Positions 10,210-20,362 of a DNA stretch of 64,000 bases are shown piece by piece. Within the stretch, counting starts at the first letter, position 1. Every line of letters starts with the position of its first letter. Source of the stretch: Candidatus Oxydemutatoraceae bacterium (lineage in GTDB: Bacteria; Pseudomonadota; Gammaproteobacteria; Poriferisulfidales; Oxydemutatoraceae); assembly GCA_965220085.1 (NCBI GenBank), contig CBDCOZ010000003.1, positions 96,001 through 160,000 of the forward strand. The letters run 5' to 3'. The notes beneath the pieces are model-generated. The model did not search any database and had not been told where the DNA came from. It worked only from the letters and a program-made list of their open reading frames with translations. The translations under genes and the position numbers were made by a program.

Positions 10210-11150
10210 ATGAAAAAAACTAAAGACTTAAAAGCAGAAGATACGGCGGGGGTTGCTTATGACCCCGTCGATAACTTGACCGGCGCGGGCTTTGACAAAC
10301 AGAAAGCAGACGCGATTGCCAACGAGCAACTTGCGCTGGTGCGCAGACATCTGCGCACTCTGCTAACCAGAGAAGAGTTTGCCAAGTTTGAAGCAGTGAC
10401 TCAAAAAGAATTTGACAAGTTTGAGTTAGCGCTCAAAGAAAACAGGGCTCAGTGGAAAGAAGAGTTAGACAAGTTTGAGTCAGCCATGAAAGAAGCGCTG
10501 ACCGGTTAGCGACGAAAGAAGAATTGGCCGCTCTTGAAGCAGCCATGAAAGAAGAGCTGACCAAGTTGAGAGAAGCGTTAGACAATCTGGCGACGAAAAA
10601 AGAGATTGCCGAGTTCAAGTCAGAGATCAAAGAACACATAAATCAGTTGGAAAAAGAGCTGACCAAGTTGAGCGAAGAATTGACCAATCTGACGACGAAG
10701 AAAGAGTTAGGCGAGTTCAGCTCAGAGATCAAAGAAAACATAGATCGGTTGGAAAAAGAATTGGCTCGGTTGAGAGAAAAGTTAATTCAGTTTGAATTGG
10801 CAATAAAAGAAGGCTTAGCCAAGTTCAAGTCAGAAACCCAAAAAGACATAGCGCAGTTGCAAAAAGAATTGGACGAGTTCAAGTCAGAAATCAAAAAAGA
10901 GATGAATCAGTTGAGAAGAGAGATAACTGAGTTGAGAAAAGAATTGACCAAGGTGAGAGAAGCGTTAACCGATCTGGCAACCAAAAAGGAGTTAGCCGAG
11001 TTCAGAAAAGACATGGAAAATATGGCAACCAAAAAAGATCTGGAAAATCTGGCGACTAAAGAAGACGTGGCTAAGGCGACAATAGGAATCATAAAGTGGC
11101 TTGTATTAACCGCACTTGCGTTAGCGGCTGCGATAGCCGCATTTATGTGA
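10210..11150 (+). pseudogene. DUF1640/CCDC90-like coiled-coil protein with C-terminal TM helix, split by a 1-nt frameshift at about 10505
   Basis: N-terminal 'AGFDKQKADAI', repeated 'LATKKEL.EF' motifs and C-terminal 'IIKWLVLTALALAAAIAAFM'. ORFs 10210-10509 and 10524-11150 join if one base is added at ACCGGTTAGCGACG. Confidence 0.7.
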
Positions 11151-11495
11151 CTCTTTGCTTAGGCCTGTGCCGTATCTTGTTCGCGCCGGCTGGGAGGGGC
11201 GCTTCAGAGACAGCGCTCCCTCTCGGGCGTAGCGTAGCCCCGCTGCCGCTCTCCTCTCGCGCCATCCTCGCAATCTCACCGAAGAAGGAGGTTACGCCGC
11301 GCCAAACCGCACAAGACGCAACTTGCGCCATCCCCGCAAGTGCGCCGAAGAGGGAGGCGTGTAGTGAGCGCAAGCGCGCAGCCCGCGCTTGGGGATAGTC
11401 TGCTATAATGCAGGCATTGCCAAAGATGTATGCGCTTGATTGCAGGGCGGGTGCGCGTATCTTATATAATGTGGGTTGCATGCGGAAACTTAATA

Positions 11496-11790
11496 ATGTT
11501 TACACCAATTTACCCCCCGCGCTGGCGGGCAACGATGGCTCGGTTTGGTCTCTTGTTACCGTCGGTGATGCGGCGCAGCCTCCGGCTACTGGTTCTGCTG
11601 ACCCTGTTGGTTATCTGTGCGCAGGCGCAGGCGCAGAACAAAGCCGCCACCGGCGCACCAGCGGTCACGGCGGCAGACAGTGCCGACCTGACCATGGTGG
11701 GGGCCCAATGAGGACATCTTTCTCACCGCCGCCAGAGTCGCCGGTTTGCTCTTGCGGTTGCGTATCTTCTTGGAAGGCCCGCTACGATAG
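11496..11790 (+). pseudogene. Internally deleted, frameshifted tagged gene (signal peptide fused almost directly to the tag)
   Basis: Reads ...LLVICAQAQAQNKAATGAPAVTAADSADLTMV. An extra G at 11699-11703 follows, then GPNEDIFLTAARVAGLLLRLRIFLEGPLR*. The two ends match the two ends of 13702-14912. Confidence 0.8.
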
Positions 11791-12138
11791 TGCCGAGTAC
11801 CCTGCGGCGGAGAAGGAGAGTGTTTGAGGTGCGCACAAGGGAGTGAGTGCCCCATTTAAGGTAGGCTGCTCCGTCGGTGTTATGGAGTCACACAAGGAGG
11901 TGAGACAGTACGCTTGCAAAGAGGTTGTACTTTGTGGTAGAGTAGACAGCATTAAGCGTACCGGGGCGCATTAAACAACCCACAAACTGAGTGTTGTTTA
12001 TAAGTGCGTTCACCGGATACAGACTAAATATCAGGAGGAAGACTATGATTTGCGGCAGAGCACATAGCATTAAGAGTATCAGCGCTCACTGTACAACTGC
12101 ATTTATCAGAAACAGGAGAGGCCAACAGGAGTAATAAT

Positions 12139-13386
12139 ATGAAGCGAAAAACTTTTAACACTACCCCCCCCCCCCCCCCCCTTAAAATTTTTGGAGGGGT
12201 TTGCGCGGCGATGATGGCCGCTTTGTGTTTCGCATTCGCCGAAACCGCCCAAGCGCAAACCGAAGAATGCCCCGAAGGGGAAACGCGAGTCACGTCAACC
12301 AACAACGGCGCCGGCTGCTTCCCCAACGCCGCAGTTGACATTCTAATGCAATGCGAAGCAGCGGGATGGCTGGGCCGGGAAACGCCCGGCACATTTGTTG
12401 GCCGAGGGGAATTGGGTTGCGGAATCCCCTCATTGCTTTACACATCAGACACCGCCTCCTCCGGATTTTTTTGCTTCCTCCAAGAGCAATCCTCCCTTGG
12501 CGTGAATAGGTCTTGCACGGCAATGTATGGCGACCCGCCGGTCTTTCCGAAAGCGGCGGACCATCCCAATGTCCAAACCGACGGCCTTTCAGCCGGGCCG
12601 CGCTTTGTCGCAAACTGCGACCAGGACGGAGATGCCCCCGGCGGTTATCCGCCCGACCGCAACTTGAACGGCGAAACCGAATGCGTCTGCAATCCGAATT
12701 CGCACTTCGGCGACTGGCCGGACTGCACGGCCTTTCCGACCGGCGCGACGGCGGCGGATAGGGCGAAGGCGCTCAAATGTGTGGCGCAAGGGTGGACTAT
12801 TTCCACCGGCACCGCCCCCATCAAATGCGAAGTCCCGCTGACCTCCGGCGGCGCCGTTTTTGACGGGTGCTTTTTCGGTTCGGGTTCGCCGCTGTGCGCG
12901 GATGTGTTCGGCACGGAGTTCGCCGTGCCGGAAAAGGAGCCTCCGGAATGGGTTTTGAATCTTGCCAACGCCTTCGTCGCAAAGTCCCGAGACGCAACGC
13001 TTACCGATACGGTTAAAGCCGCCGCGGCGGTTTACGCGGCGGCGGTGTGGGCGCGATACGACGGCGATTCGGATTATCTGGACGGCCCCACCGGCAACCA
13101 CGACAGCAGCAGCGACGACGACAAAACCAGCATTGCCCTTTTGGTTTCGGGTCCGGTTTTCACGGCGCATGGAATTCCGTTTGAGTGGCAGCCGGATTTG
13201 TTCCGGATACCGCCTGCGATTCGGCTGGCGTACAGTCGTATTCCGGTGGCGGTTCCGTATGTTTTCAATTGCGGGGAGGGCATGTCTCCGGCAACGGCCA
13301 ACACGGACGGCGCGACGGCATGCGCGGTCGCCGACTCGCCCCTGCGCTTGCGGTTGCGCCTCTTCTTGGAAGGCCCGCTGCGATAG
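12139..13386 (+). CDS. Secreted Cys-rich protein with LEGPLR tag (415 aa), poly-C in frame
   Basis: RBS AGGAGT; MKRKTFNTTPPPPPL (C18 at 12164-12181); signal ending AQAQ; repeated C...GW and 'N.NG.T.C' modules. Confidence 0.85.
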   Translation: MKRKTFNTTPPPPPLKIFGGVCAAMMAALCFAFAETAQAQTEECPEGETRVTSTNNGAGCFPNAAVDILMQCEAAGWLGRETPGTFVGRGELGCGIPSLLYTSDTASSGFFCFLQEQSSLGVNRSCTAMYGDPPVFPKAADHPNVQTDGLSAGPRFVANCDQDGDAPGGYPPDRNLNGETECVCNPNSHFGDWPDCTAFPTGATAADRAKALKCVAQGWTISTGTAPIKCEVPLTSGGAVFDGCFFGSGSPLCADVFGTEFAVPEKEPPEWVLNLANAFVAKSRDATLTDTVKAAAAVYAAAVWARYDGDSDYLDGPTGNHDSSSDDDKTSIALLVSGPVFTAHGIPFEWQPDLFRIPPAIRLAYSRIPVAVPYVFNCGEGMSPATANTDGATACAVADSPLRLRLRLFLEGPLR

Positions 13387-13701
13387 CGCGAGTAACCGAC
13401 GGCAGAGAAGGAGAGCGTTGCGGGGTGCGCACAAGGGAGTGCGCATACCCCATTTGAGGTAGGCCGCTCCGTCGGTGTCATGGGGTTACACGAAGGTGAG
13501 ACAGTACACTTGCAAAGGACTCGCACTTTGTGGTAGAGTACGCAGTACTAAGAGTGCTCGCACTCATTAGTACAATTTCGTTTGCTAGACAACTATGAGG
13601 AGTAAATACGATGAATCGACAATCTGCCAAAGGCACTTGCACAATGGCTCGCACTGATAGCAGAATAACTGCTACCATAGACTGCTATTAGGAGTAATAC
13701 T

Positions 13702-14912
13702 ATGAATAAACAAGTTTTTAATACTGCCCCCCCCCCCCCCCCCCCTCGCACTGGAGGACAGCACTAACCCGGCTTAGCCTCTGGTCGCTTATTCTGCCGG
13801 CCCTGCTCGCCGTCTGCGCTCAGGCGCAGGCGCAGAACGCCACCGGCGCACCGGCGGTCACGGCGGTGGACAGTGCCGACCTGACCATGGTGGGACCCAA
13901 TGAGAGCATCTCTCTCGTCGCCGCCCGGGGCACCATAGCCGATGCCGATGGCATAACCACATTCGCGCCCGCCTGGCAGTGGCGACAGGCCGATGCCCCG
14001 ACCTCCGGCACCCCGGCGGACAGCGCCTACACCGCCATAGCCGATGCCACCACCGCCATCTTCGTGCCCCGGCAGGCCCAGACCGGCAAGTTTCTGCGCG
14101 TCTGCGCCACCTTTGACGATGATGCCGGCAACAGCGAGACCCGATGCTGGACCTCCGTCGCCGCCGTTGTTGATGTCAACAATGCACCCACCACCGGCTC
14201 CAACCCTGTGGATGTGCCATCCAATGCCACTGCCGCGGCACCATACACCTTTAAGGAATCCGACTTCCCATTCATGGATGCGGACGGCGACACCCTGTTC
14301 GGAATCATCGTAGTCGAAAACCCGGACTCAAGCAAGGGCACATTGCTCCATGCGGGCGCGGCCATAGCCGATGGTGGCAACATACCCCGGTCCGGTCTGG
14401 GCCAGATCACCTACTACCCTGATGTGGGCGCCAGGCCCAAAGTCAACTATGACAGTTTCACCTTCCGGGTGCAGGACAGCAGCACCGACAGACTGACCAG
14501 CAATCTCCGCGCCATAATCATCAACCTCCGCAATCCCAATCAGGTGGCCGCCACCGGCACTGCCACCATAACCCCGGCCACCACCGCCGACAACCCCACC
14601 CACGCCGAGGGCACCGGGCTGTTCGCTTCCATCCTGCGAATCAGAGACGACAACGGCATAAACGCCAGCACCGTGGAATATGAATGGCAACAGTCCGCCA
14701 GTGCCAATGGCCCGTTCACCGCCATAGCCGGGGCCACCGCCAACGCATTCACCCCGGAGCAGGCTCAGGCGGGGAAGCACATCAGAGTCTGCATAAGTTT
14801 TATGGATTCTCACAGCACCCCCAACGACGAGGGGCCGTTCTGCTCTGCCGCCGCCAGAGTCGCCGGTTTGCGCTTGCGGTTGCGCCTCTTCTTGGAAGGC
14901 CCGCTGCGATAG
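13702..14912 (+). CDS. Secreted Ig/cadherin-like tagged protein, out of frame at poly-C (phase OFF or sequencing error)
   Basis: ATG 13702 (MNKQVFNT) followed by C19 at 13727-13745. The main frame carries signal SHWRTALTRLSLWSLILPALLAVCAQAQAQ with no ATG/GTG/TTG of its own. Adding one C restores the frame. Confidence 0.8.
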
Positions 14913-14945
14913 CGCGAGTAACCGACGGCAGAGAAGGAGAGTGTC

Positions 14946-15204
14946 TTAACGATTAATTTTTCTGCGATGACCGATGGCGTGAATGGTGACAATTTTATCT
15001 TCGTGGGAAAGGGTGTAAAGAATGCGGTAATCGCTGACGCGCAAACATCTCTGCCCATAAAGACCGTATAGGTTTGCCATAAGAAAGCGGATCGCGCATC
15101 AGCCGCGTTTCAATAGCGCGTTTAATCAATTCTGCGGCGCTCTTAGGCAGGGCGGGCATATCATCTGTGACAACTTTTTGCGCATACTCAACCTTGTAAG
15201 TCAT
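14946..15204 (-). pseudogene. RelE/ParE-family toxin, frameshifted near 15065
   Basis: MTYKVEY...IKRAIETRLMRDPLSYGKP continues in another frame as GLYGQRCLRVSDYRILY...IVTIHAIGHRRKINR*, with typical RelE LRV.DYRI and IGHR motifs. Confidence 0.75.
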
Positions 15205-15231
15205 CCGGCAGACAGGCAAGCGCAGGCTCTG

Positions 15232-15453
15232 CTACCAAGCGTCTTTATGCGCGACACGCCGGCCTGTATCTTCGCTGATGCGGTGATTGCTGATGTCGGA
15301 CCGCAGGCGGTCTTCTTGCAGTTCCAGAGCCTCACGAATGAGAGCAACCGCCAGCGCAGAAACAGGTTGCCGACGTCCCTCGGCAAGCTTTGCCAATTCG
15401 CTGCCGGTTTCGGCATCCAATGTGACCCGTATTTGTGAACGTGGATTTGACAT
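15232..15453 (-). CDS. Putative antitoxin (ribbon-helix-helix type)
   Basis: 73 aa 'RVTLDAE...LAKLAE....VSALAVALIREALELQED...VAHKDAW' directly upstream of the RelE-like gene. Confidence 0.7.
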   Translation of the reverse strand: MSNPRSQIRVTLDAETGSELAKLAEGRRQPVSALAVALIREALELQEDRLRSDISNHRISEDTGRRVAHKDAW

Positions 15454-15655
15454 GTTTTCCTTTTCGCTTGCTTTGTCGGGCAAGTCTATCACCCCTTATG
15501 CGAAAAGGCAAATGTGCGGGCATCAAGCCTCGCGGGGAAACCACAGGGAGAACATCTCCGCCCTAAGCAAAGTGAATCATGCCAGAAACATTCCGGATTC
15601 CCGGCATCAACACGAGTTGCTGTAATATCAACACCCCAGCCGCTCCCTGCCGCCC

Positions 15656-15700
15656 CTGCGCCTGCGGCTGCGTCTCTTCCTGGAAGGCCCGTTGCGATAG
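15656..15700 (+). pseudogene. Orphan LRLRLRLFLEGPLR* tag closing array 1
   Basis: Intact tag codons with no upstream gene body. Confidence 0.8.
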
Positions 15701-15889
15701 CGGGCGCTATCGCTTTCCCCTCGCCGGCGCACTCGCGGGGATGGCGCGAGGGGTGTGTTATGGAACACAGTAAGTAAGAGCACAAACGATAAAAAAGCCA
15801 CAAACAGTTAAGTATTGTTTGTGCTCTCATTACTGTTTGTGGCTTCTTAGGGACAGCCACCGCCAGGCTACCCGCCAGCCGCTTAATCT

Positions 15890-16075
15890 CGCCGCCTCCC
15901 GCAGGGGAGTTATGCAATGAGCCGGGCGCGATTCGGATTCTGACGCGACTCCGCAGGGGAATTGCCCGCACCGGCTCCTCCGAGCCGCCAGCCGCCTGAG
16001 TTTGCCGCCTCCCGCAGGGGGTTATGCAATGAGCCGGGCGCGGTTCAGGTTCTGACGCGACTCCCGCAGGGAGGC
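15890..16075. repeat. REP-like palindromic repeats (CTCCCGCAGGGGAG hairpins, about 113-bp direct repeat)
   Basis: GCCGCCTCCCGCAGGGG..TTATGCAATGAGCCGGGCGCG...TCTGACGCGACTCC occurs twice. Confidence 0.6.
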
Positions 16076-16128
16076 GTCATGGTCAGGGGGGAGCGATATA
16101 TGCGGATGTAGCATAGAATACGCAGGCG

Positions 16129-16248
16129 ATGCAGAAAGTTTTATATCCATTTATTCTGATGACGATGTTGTTGCTTGCCGCATGCGGCGAGCGCGGCGAT
16201 TTGTACCTGCCCGACGACGAGCGCAATGAGACGCGCGCCGCCCGATAG
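16129..16248 (+). CDS. Small lipoprotein, LptM/YifL (LppL) family; absent from the ORF track
   Basis: 39 aa MQKVLYPFILMTMLLLAA-CGERGDLYLPDD..., with a lipobox and CG..G.LYLP motif, in the usual position upstream of lysA/dapF. Confidence 0.8.
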   Translation: MQKVLYPFILMTMLLLAACGERGDLYLPDDERNETRAAR

Positions 16249-16258
16249 ATTTTAAGTT

Positions 16259-17545
16259 ATGCAAGAGCGACTCCCCCCCAATAGCAATCTGCATCGGGAC
16301 GGCAAGCGTCTGCGCATGGAGGGTGTGCGGCTTGACAAGATCGCGCACGAAGCGGGCACGCCGGTGTATGTGTATTCGCGCGCGGCGATAGAAGACAACT
16401 GGCGCCGCTGCGATGCGGCGTTCGGGACGCAAGCGCATCTTGTTTGCTATGCGGTCAAGGCGTGTTCAAATCTGGCGGTGTTGTCTTTGCTGGCGCAACT
16501 CGGCAGCGGTTTTGACATCGTATCGGTCGGCGAGTTGACGCGGGTGCTAAAGGCCGGCGGCGACCCGCGAAAAGTTTTCTTCTCCGGCGTCGGCAAGCGG
16601 GCGGATGAGATAGAACGGGCATTGCTCGCCGGCATCGCTTGCTTTAACGTTGAGTCGGCGTCCGAGTTGGACGTTCTCGCCCGTCAGGCGTCGCTCACCG
16701 GCTGTCGGGCGTCGGTGGCGATACGCATCAATCCCGATGTCGATGCGGATACGCACCCGCACATCGCGACGGGACGGCACCGCGACAAGTTCGGAGTCAC
16801 CGCCGCACAGGCGCCGGAGTTATACGAGCGGGTGCGCGAACATCCGTTGCTGGAAGCGCGCGGGGTCGATTGCCACATAGGCTCGCAGATAAAAGACCCC
16901 GCGATCTATGCCGAAGCGGCGGCGCGCATCGTTGAGTTTGCCGACCGGCTGTGCGCGGACGGGCACGCCATTGAACATATCGATGTCGGCGGCGGCTTTG
17001 CCATCGCTTATGACGACGAGCAAGCGACGCCGGTTGAAGACCACATCAAGGCCATCGTCGCCGCTGCGGACGGGCGGCCGTATCGGATTGTGATTGAGCC
17101 CGGACGCGCGGTGGTCGGCGAGGCGGGCGCGCTTGTCACCCAAGTGCTGTACATAAAACACATGCCGCAAAAAAACTTCGCTGTCGTTGACGCGGCGATG
17201 AACGACCTGTTGCGTCCGGCGCTTTATCAGGCGCGGCACGGCATCGTCCCGCTGGAAACGCGCAACGGCGAGGCCGCGACATACGATATCGTCGGGCCGG
17301 TGTGCGAGAGCGGCGACACGCTCGCCGCCAATCGGGAGATGGTTCTCGGCGAAGGGCAACGGCTTGCGATCCTGTCCGCCGGCGCGTACGGCTTTTCTAT
17401 GGCGGGAGGGTATAACTCCAGACCGCGGGCTGCGGAAGTGATGGTCGACGGCGATGACTGGCACATCGTGCGTCTGCGCGAGAGCCTCGACGATTTGACA
17501 GACGGCGAGTGTGCCTTGCCGGACGGCGATGCGACGGATTCTTGA
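16259..17545 (+). CDS. lysA: Diaminopimelate decarboxylase
   Basis: YAVKA PLP-lysine, HIGSQ, EPGR, GPVCESGD and GAYG motifs. Confidence 0.95.
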   Translation: MQERLPPNSNLHRDGKRLRMEGVRLDKIAHEAGTPVYVYSRAAIEDNWRRCDAAFGTQAHLVCYAVKACSNLAVLSLLAQLGSGFDIVSVGELTRVLKAGGDPRKVFFSGVGKRADEIERALLAGIACFNVESASELDVLARQASLTGCRASVAIRINPDVDADTHPHIATGRHRDKFGVTAAQAPELYERVREHPLLEARGVDCHIGSQIKDPAIYAEAAARIVEFADRLCADGHAIEHIDVGGGFAIAYDDEQATPVEDHIKAIVAAADGRPYRIVIEPGRAVVGEAGALVTQVLYIKHMPQKNFAVVDAAMNDLLRPALYQARHGIVPLETRNGEAATYDIVGPVCESGDTLAANREMVLGEGQRLAILSAGAYGFSMAGGYNSRPRAAEVMVDGDDWHIVRLRESLDDLTDGECALPDGDATDS

Positions 17546-17573
17546 ATGCCCCCTCGTGTATTGACCCGAAGCA

Positions 17574-18233
17574 ATGGACAGAGTGACCGAACCCGAATTG
17601 ATGGATGGCAGCGAGCAGGCGGCGGCTTATGCGCGCGCCGATTTTGAACAGCCGCATGCGATGATCGTGGCGCACCTCGCGCGCGTGTTACCCGCCGCCG
17701 CCGAATGCAAAACCGCGATGGACCTCGGTTGCGGCCCCTGCGATGTCACCGTGCGTCTGGCGCGCCTGTGCCCGCAACTGACGATCGATGCGCTGGACGG
17801 AGCGGCGGCGATGTTGCGGCTGGCGCAACAGCGGTTGCACAAAGAGCGTCTCACGCAACGCGTACGGCTAATCGAGGCGACTCTGCCGGTCGTCGCGCGC
17901 AAAAGCTATGACCTGATCGTCGCGAGCAGCCTCTTGCATCACCTGCACGAGCCGCAAGTTCTGTGGCGTGCGATACGCGACTTTGGCCGGCGCGGTTCCC
18001 GCGTGTTCGTCGCCGACCTCACCCGTCCCGCCGATGCGCAAGGCGCAGACCGCCTCGTCGCGCGCTATGCGGCGGACGAAGCGCCCGTGTTGCGGCGTGA
18101 CTTTCGCAACTCGTTGCGCGCGGCTTTCACGCCGGCGGAGGCGCGCGCGCAACTGGACGAGGCGGGCTTGTCGCAACTGGCCGTCGAAGAGATCAGCGAC
18201 CGCCATCTGATTGTTTACGGACGGCTGGATTGA
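17574..18233 (+). CDS. Class I SAM-dependent methyltransferase
   Basis: EPELMD N-terminus, DLGCGP motif I, LLHHL. Confidence 0.85.
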   Translation: MDRVTEPELMDGSEQAAAYARADFEQPHAMIVAHLARVLPAAAECKTAMDLGCGPCDVTVRLARLCPQLTIDALDGAAAMLRLAQQRLHKERLTQRVRLIEATLPVVARKSYDLIVASSLLHHLHEPQVLWRAIRDFGRRGSRVFVADLTRPADAQGADRLVARYAADEAPVLRRDFRNSLRAAFTPAEARAQLDEAGLSQLAVEEISDRHLIVYGRLD

Positions 18234-19032
18234 GCGTTTGGCGCGACCGGATGCGGGAATGCCGTATAATTTTCCAATGCCCGTTTGCTTTTCAAAGATG
18301 CAGAGTCTCGGCAACGATTTCATGATTGTCGATGCCACCGCGCAGACTTTTTCCCCGTCGCCCGAAGTCATCGCCCGCCTCGTCGCGCGCTATGCGGCGG
18401 ACGAAGCGCCCGTGTTGCGGCGTGACTTTCGCAACTCGCTGTGCGCGGCTTTCACGCCGGCGGAGGCGCGCGCGCAACTGGACGAGGCGGGCTTGTCGCA
18501 ACTGGCCGTCGCCAAGATTAGCAACCGTCATCTGATCGTTTGCGGACGGCTGGATTGAGCGCTTCGCGCGCCCGGATGCGGGAATGCCGTATAATTTTCC
18601 AATGCCCGTTCGCTTTTCAAAGATGCAGAGTCTCGGCAACGATTTCATGATCGTCGACGCCACCGCGCAGACTTTTTCCCCGTCGCCCGAAGTCATCGCC
18701 CGCCTCGTCGCGCGCTATGCGGCGGACGAAGCGCCCGTGTTGCGGCGTGACTTTCGCAACTCGCTGTGCGCGGCTTTCACGCCGCCGGAGGCGCGCGCGC
18801 AACGGGACGAGGCGGGCTTGTCGCAACTGGCCGTCGCCGAGATTAGCGACCGTCATCTGATCGTTTGCGGACGGCTGGATTGAGCGTTTGGCGCGACCGG
18901 ATGCGGGAATGCCGTATAATTTTCCAATGCCTGTTCGCTTTTCAAAGATGCAGAGTCTCGGCAACGATTTCATGATTGTCGATGCCACCGCGCAGACTTT
19001 TTCCCCGTCGCCCGAAGTCATCGCCCGCCTCG
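18050..19032 (+). repeat. 325-bp tandem repeat x3 of the methyltransferase-end/dapF-start junction
   Basis: Stops recur at 18233, 18558 and 18883. The chimeric ORFs carry the dapF N-terminus fused to the methyltransferase C-terminus. Confidence 0.9.
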
Positions 19033-19757
19033 GCGACCGCCGCACCGGCGTCGGTTTTGACCAACTGCTGATGGCGACCGAAGTCGCGCCGGATGCGTCC
19101 GAGATTTTCTGCCGCATCTTTAACGCCGACGGCGGCGAAGTGATGCAGTGCGGCAACGGTGTGCGCTGTCTTGCGCGCTTTGCCGCGGACAAGGGTTTGC
19201 TCACGGTCGGCGCACAAGGCATCGGCATAAAGACCCGGACGCGCACGACGGTTCTTGAGATGGCGGACGACGGCATGATTCGCGCGGCGATGGGACAAGC
19301 CGTGACCGCGCCCGAGCGGATTCCGTTTGCGTGCGAAGGCGATCTGATGTCTTACCCGATGGATGTCGGCGGGCGCGAGTTCAATATCGGCGTGCTCTCG
19401 TTTGGCAATCCCCACGCGGTGGTTGAAGTGGCGCGATTGGATGATATTCCGGTCGCGGACTTGGGCGCGGCGATGCAGACCCACGAATGCTTTCCGCAAG
19501 GGGTCAATGTCGAATTTATGCAATGCATCGATCGCAACACGATCGCATTGCGCATCTACGAACGCGGCGCGGGGGAGACGATGGCGTGCGGCAGCGGCGC
19601 GTGTGCCGCTGCGGTGATTGCGGTGCGCCGCAAGCGCACCGATAGCAATCTGCGGATACGCATGCCGGGCGGCGAGTTGGCGGCGGTGTGTGACGGCGAC
19701 AGCGTCGTGCTCACCGGCCCTGCGCTGTATGTGTATGACGGAAGCGTTGAGACATGA
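18927..19757 (+). CDS. dapF: Diaminopimelate epimerase
   Basis: FSKMQSLGNDF, CGNG.RC, GNPH and ERGAGETMACGSGA motifs. Confidence 0.95.
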   Translation: MPVRFSKMQSLGNDFMIVDATAQTFSPSPEVIARLGDRRTGVGFDQLLMATEVAPDASEIFCRIFNADGGEVMQCGNGVRCLARFAADKGLLTVGAQGIGIKTRTRTTVLEMADDGMIRAAMGQAVTAPERIPFACEGDLMSYPMDVGGREFNIGVLSFGNPHAVVEVARLDDIPVADLGAAMQTHECFPQGVNVEFMQCIDRNTIALRIYERGAGETMACGSGACAAAVIAVRRKRTDSNLRIRMPGGELAAVCDGDSVVLTGPALYVYDGSVET

Positions 19758-20362
19758 GCGAGAAGCAGCAGCAAGCCGATGAAGCGCGGATAGCGGAGCG
19801 CCTTGCCGCGCCCGCGGCGTATGCGTATGACGGAAGCGTTGAGACATGAGCGAGAAGCAGCAGCAAGCCGATGAAGCGCGGATAGCGGAGCGCCTCGCCG
19901 CGCCTGCGCTGTATGCGTATGACGGAAGCGCTGAGACATGAGCAAGAAGAAGCAGCAAGCCGACGAAGCGCGGATAGCGGAGCGCCTTGCCGCGCCCGCG
20001 GCGTATGCGTATGACGGAAGCGCTGAGACATGAGCGAGAAGCAGCAGCAAGCCGATGAAGCGCGGATAGCGGAGCGCCTTGCCGCGCCCGCGGCGTATGC
20101 GTATGACGGAAGCGCTGAGACATGAGCGAGAAGCAGCAGCAAGCCGGTGAAGCGCGGATAGCGGAGTACCTCGCCGCGCCCGCGCTGTATGCGTATGACG
20201 GAAGCGTTGAGACATGAGCGAGAAGCAGCAGCAAGCCGATGAAGCGCGGATAGCGGAGTACCTCGCCGCGCCTGCGCTGTATGCGTATGACGGAAGCGCT
20301 GAGACATGAGCAAGAAGAAGCAGCAAGCCGATGAAGCGCGGATAGCGGAGTACCTCGCCGCG
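19718..20362 (+). repeat. 92-bp tandem repeat x7 of the dapF-end/DUF484-start junction
   Basis: GAGACATGAGC recurs with ATG at 19754, 19846, 19938, 20030, 20122, 20214 and 20306. Confidence 0.9.

Noticed and set aside
18211-18883. Two ~100-aa ORFs as real genes
   Set aside because: They are dapF/methyltransferase chimeras created by the 325-bp duplication.
19718-20362. Regular repeat as a possible CRISPR array
   Set aside because: There are no unique spacers. The whole 92-bp unit repeats and derives from dapF/DUF484 coding sequence, and no cas genes are present.
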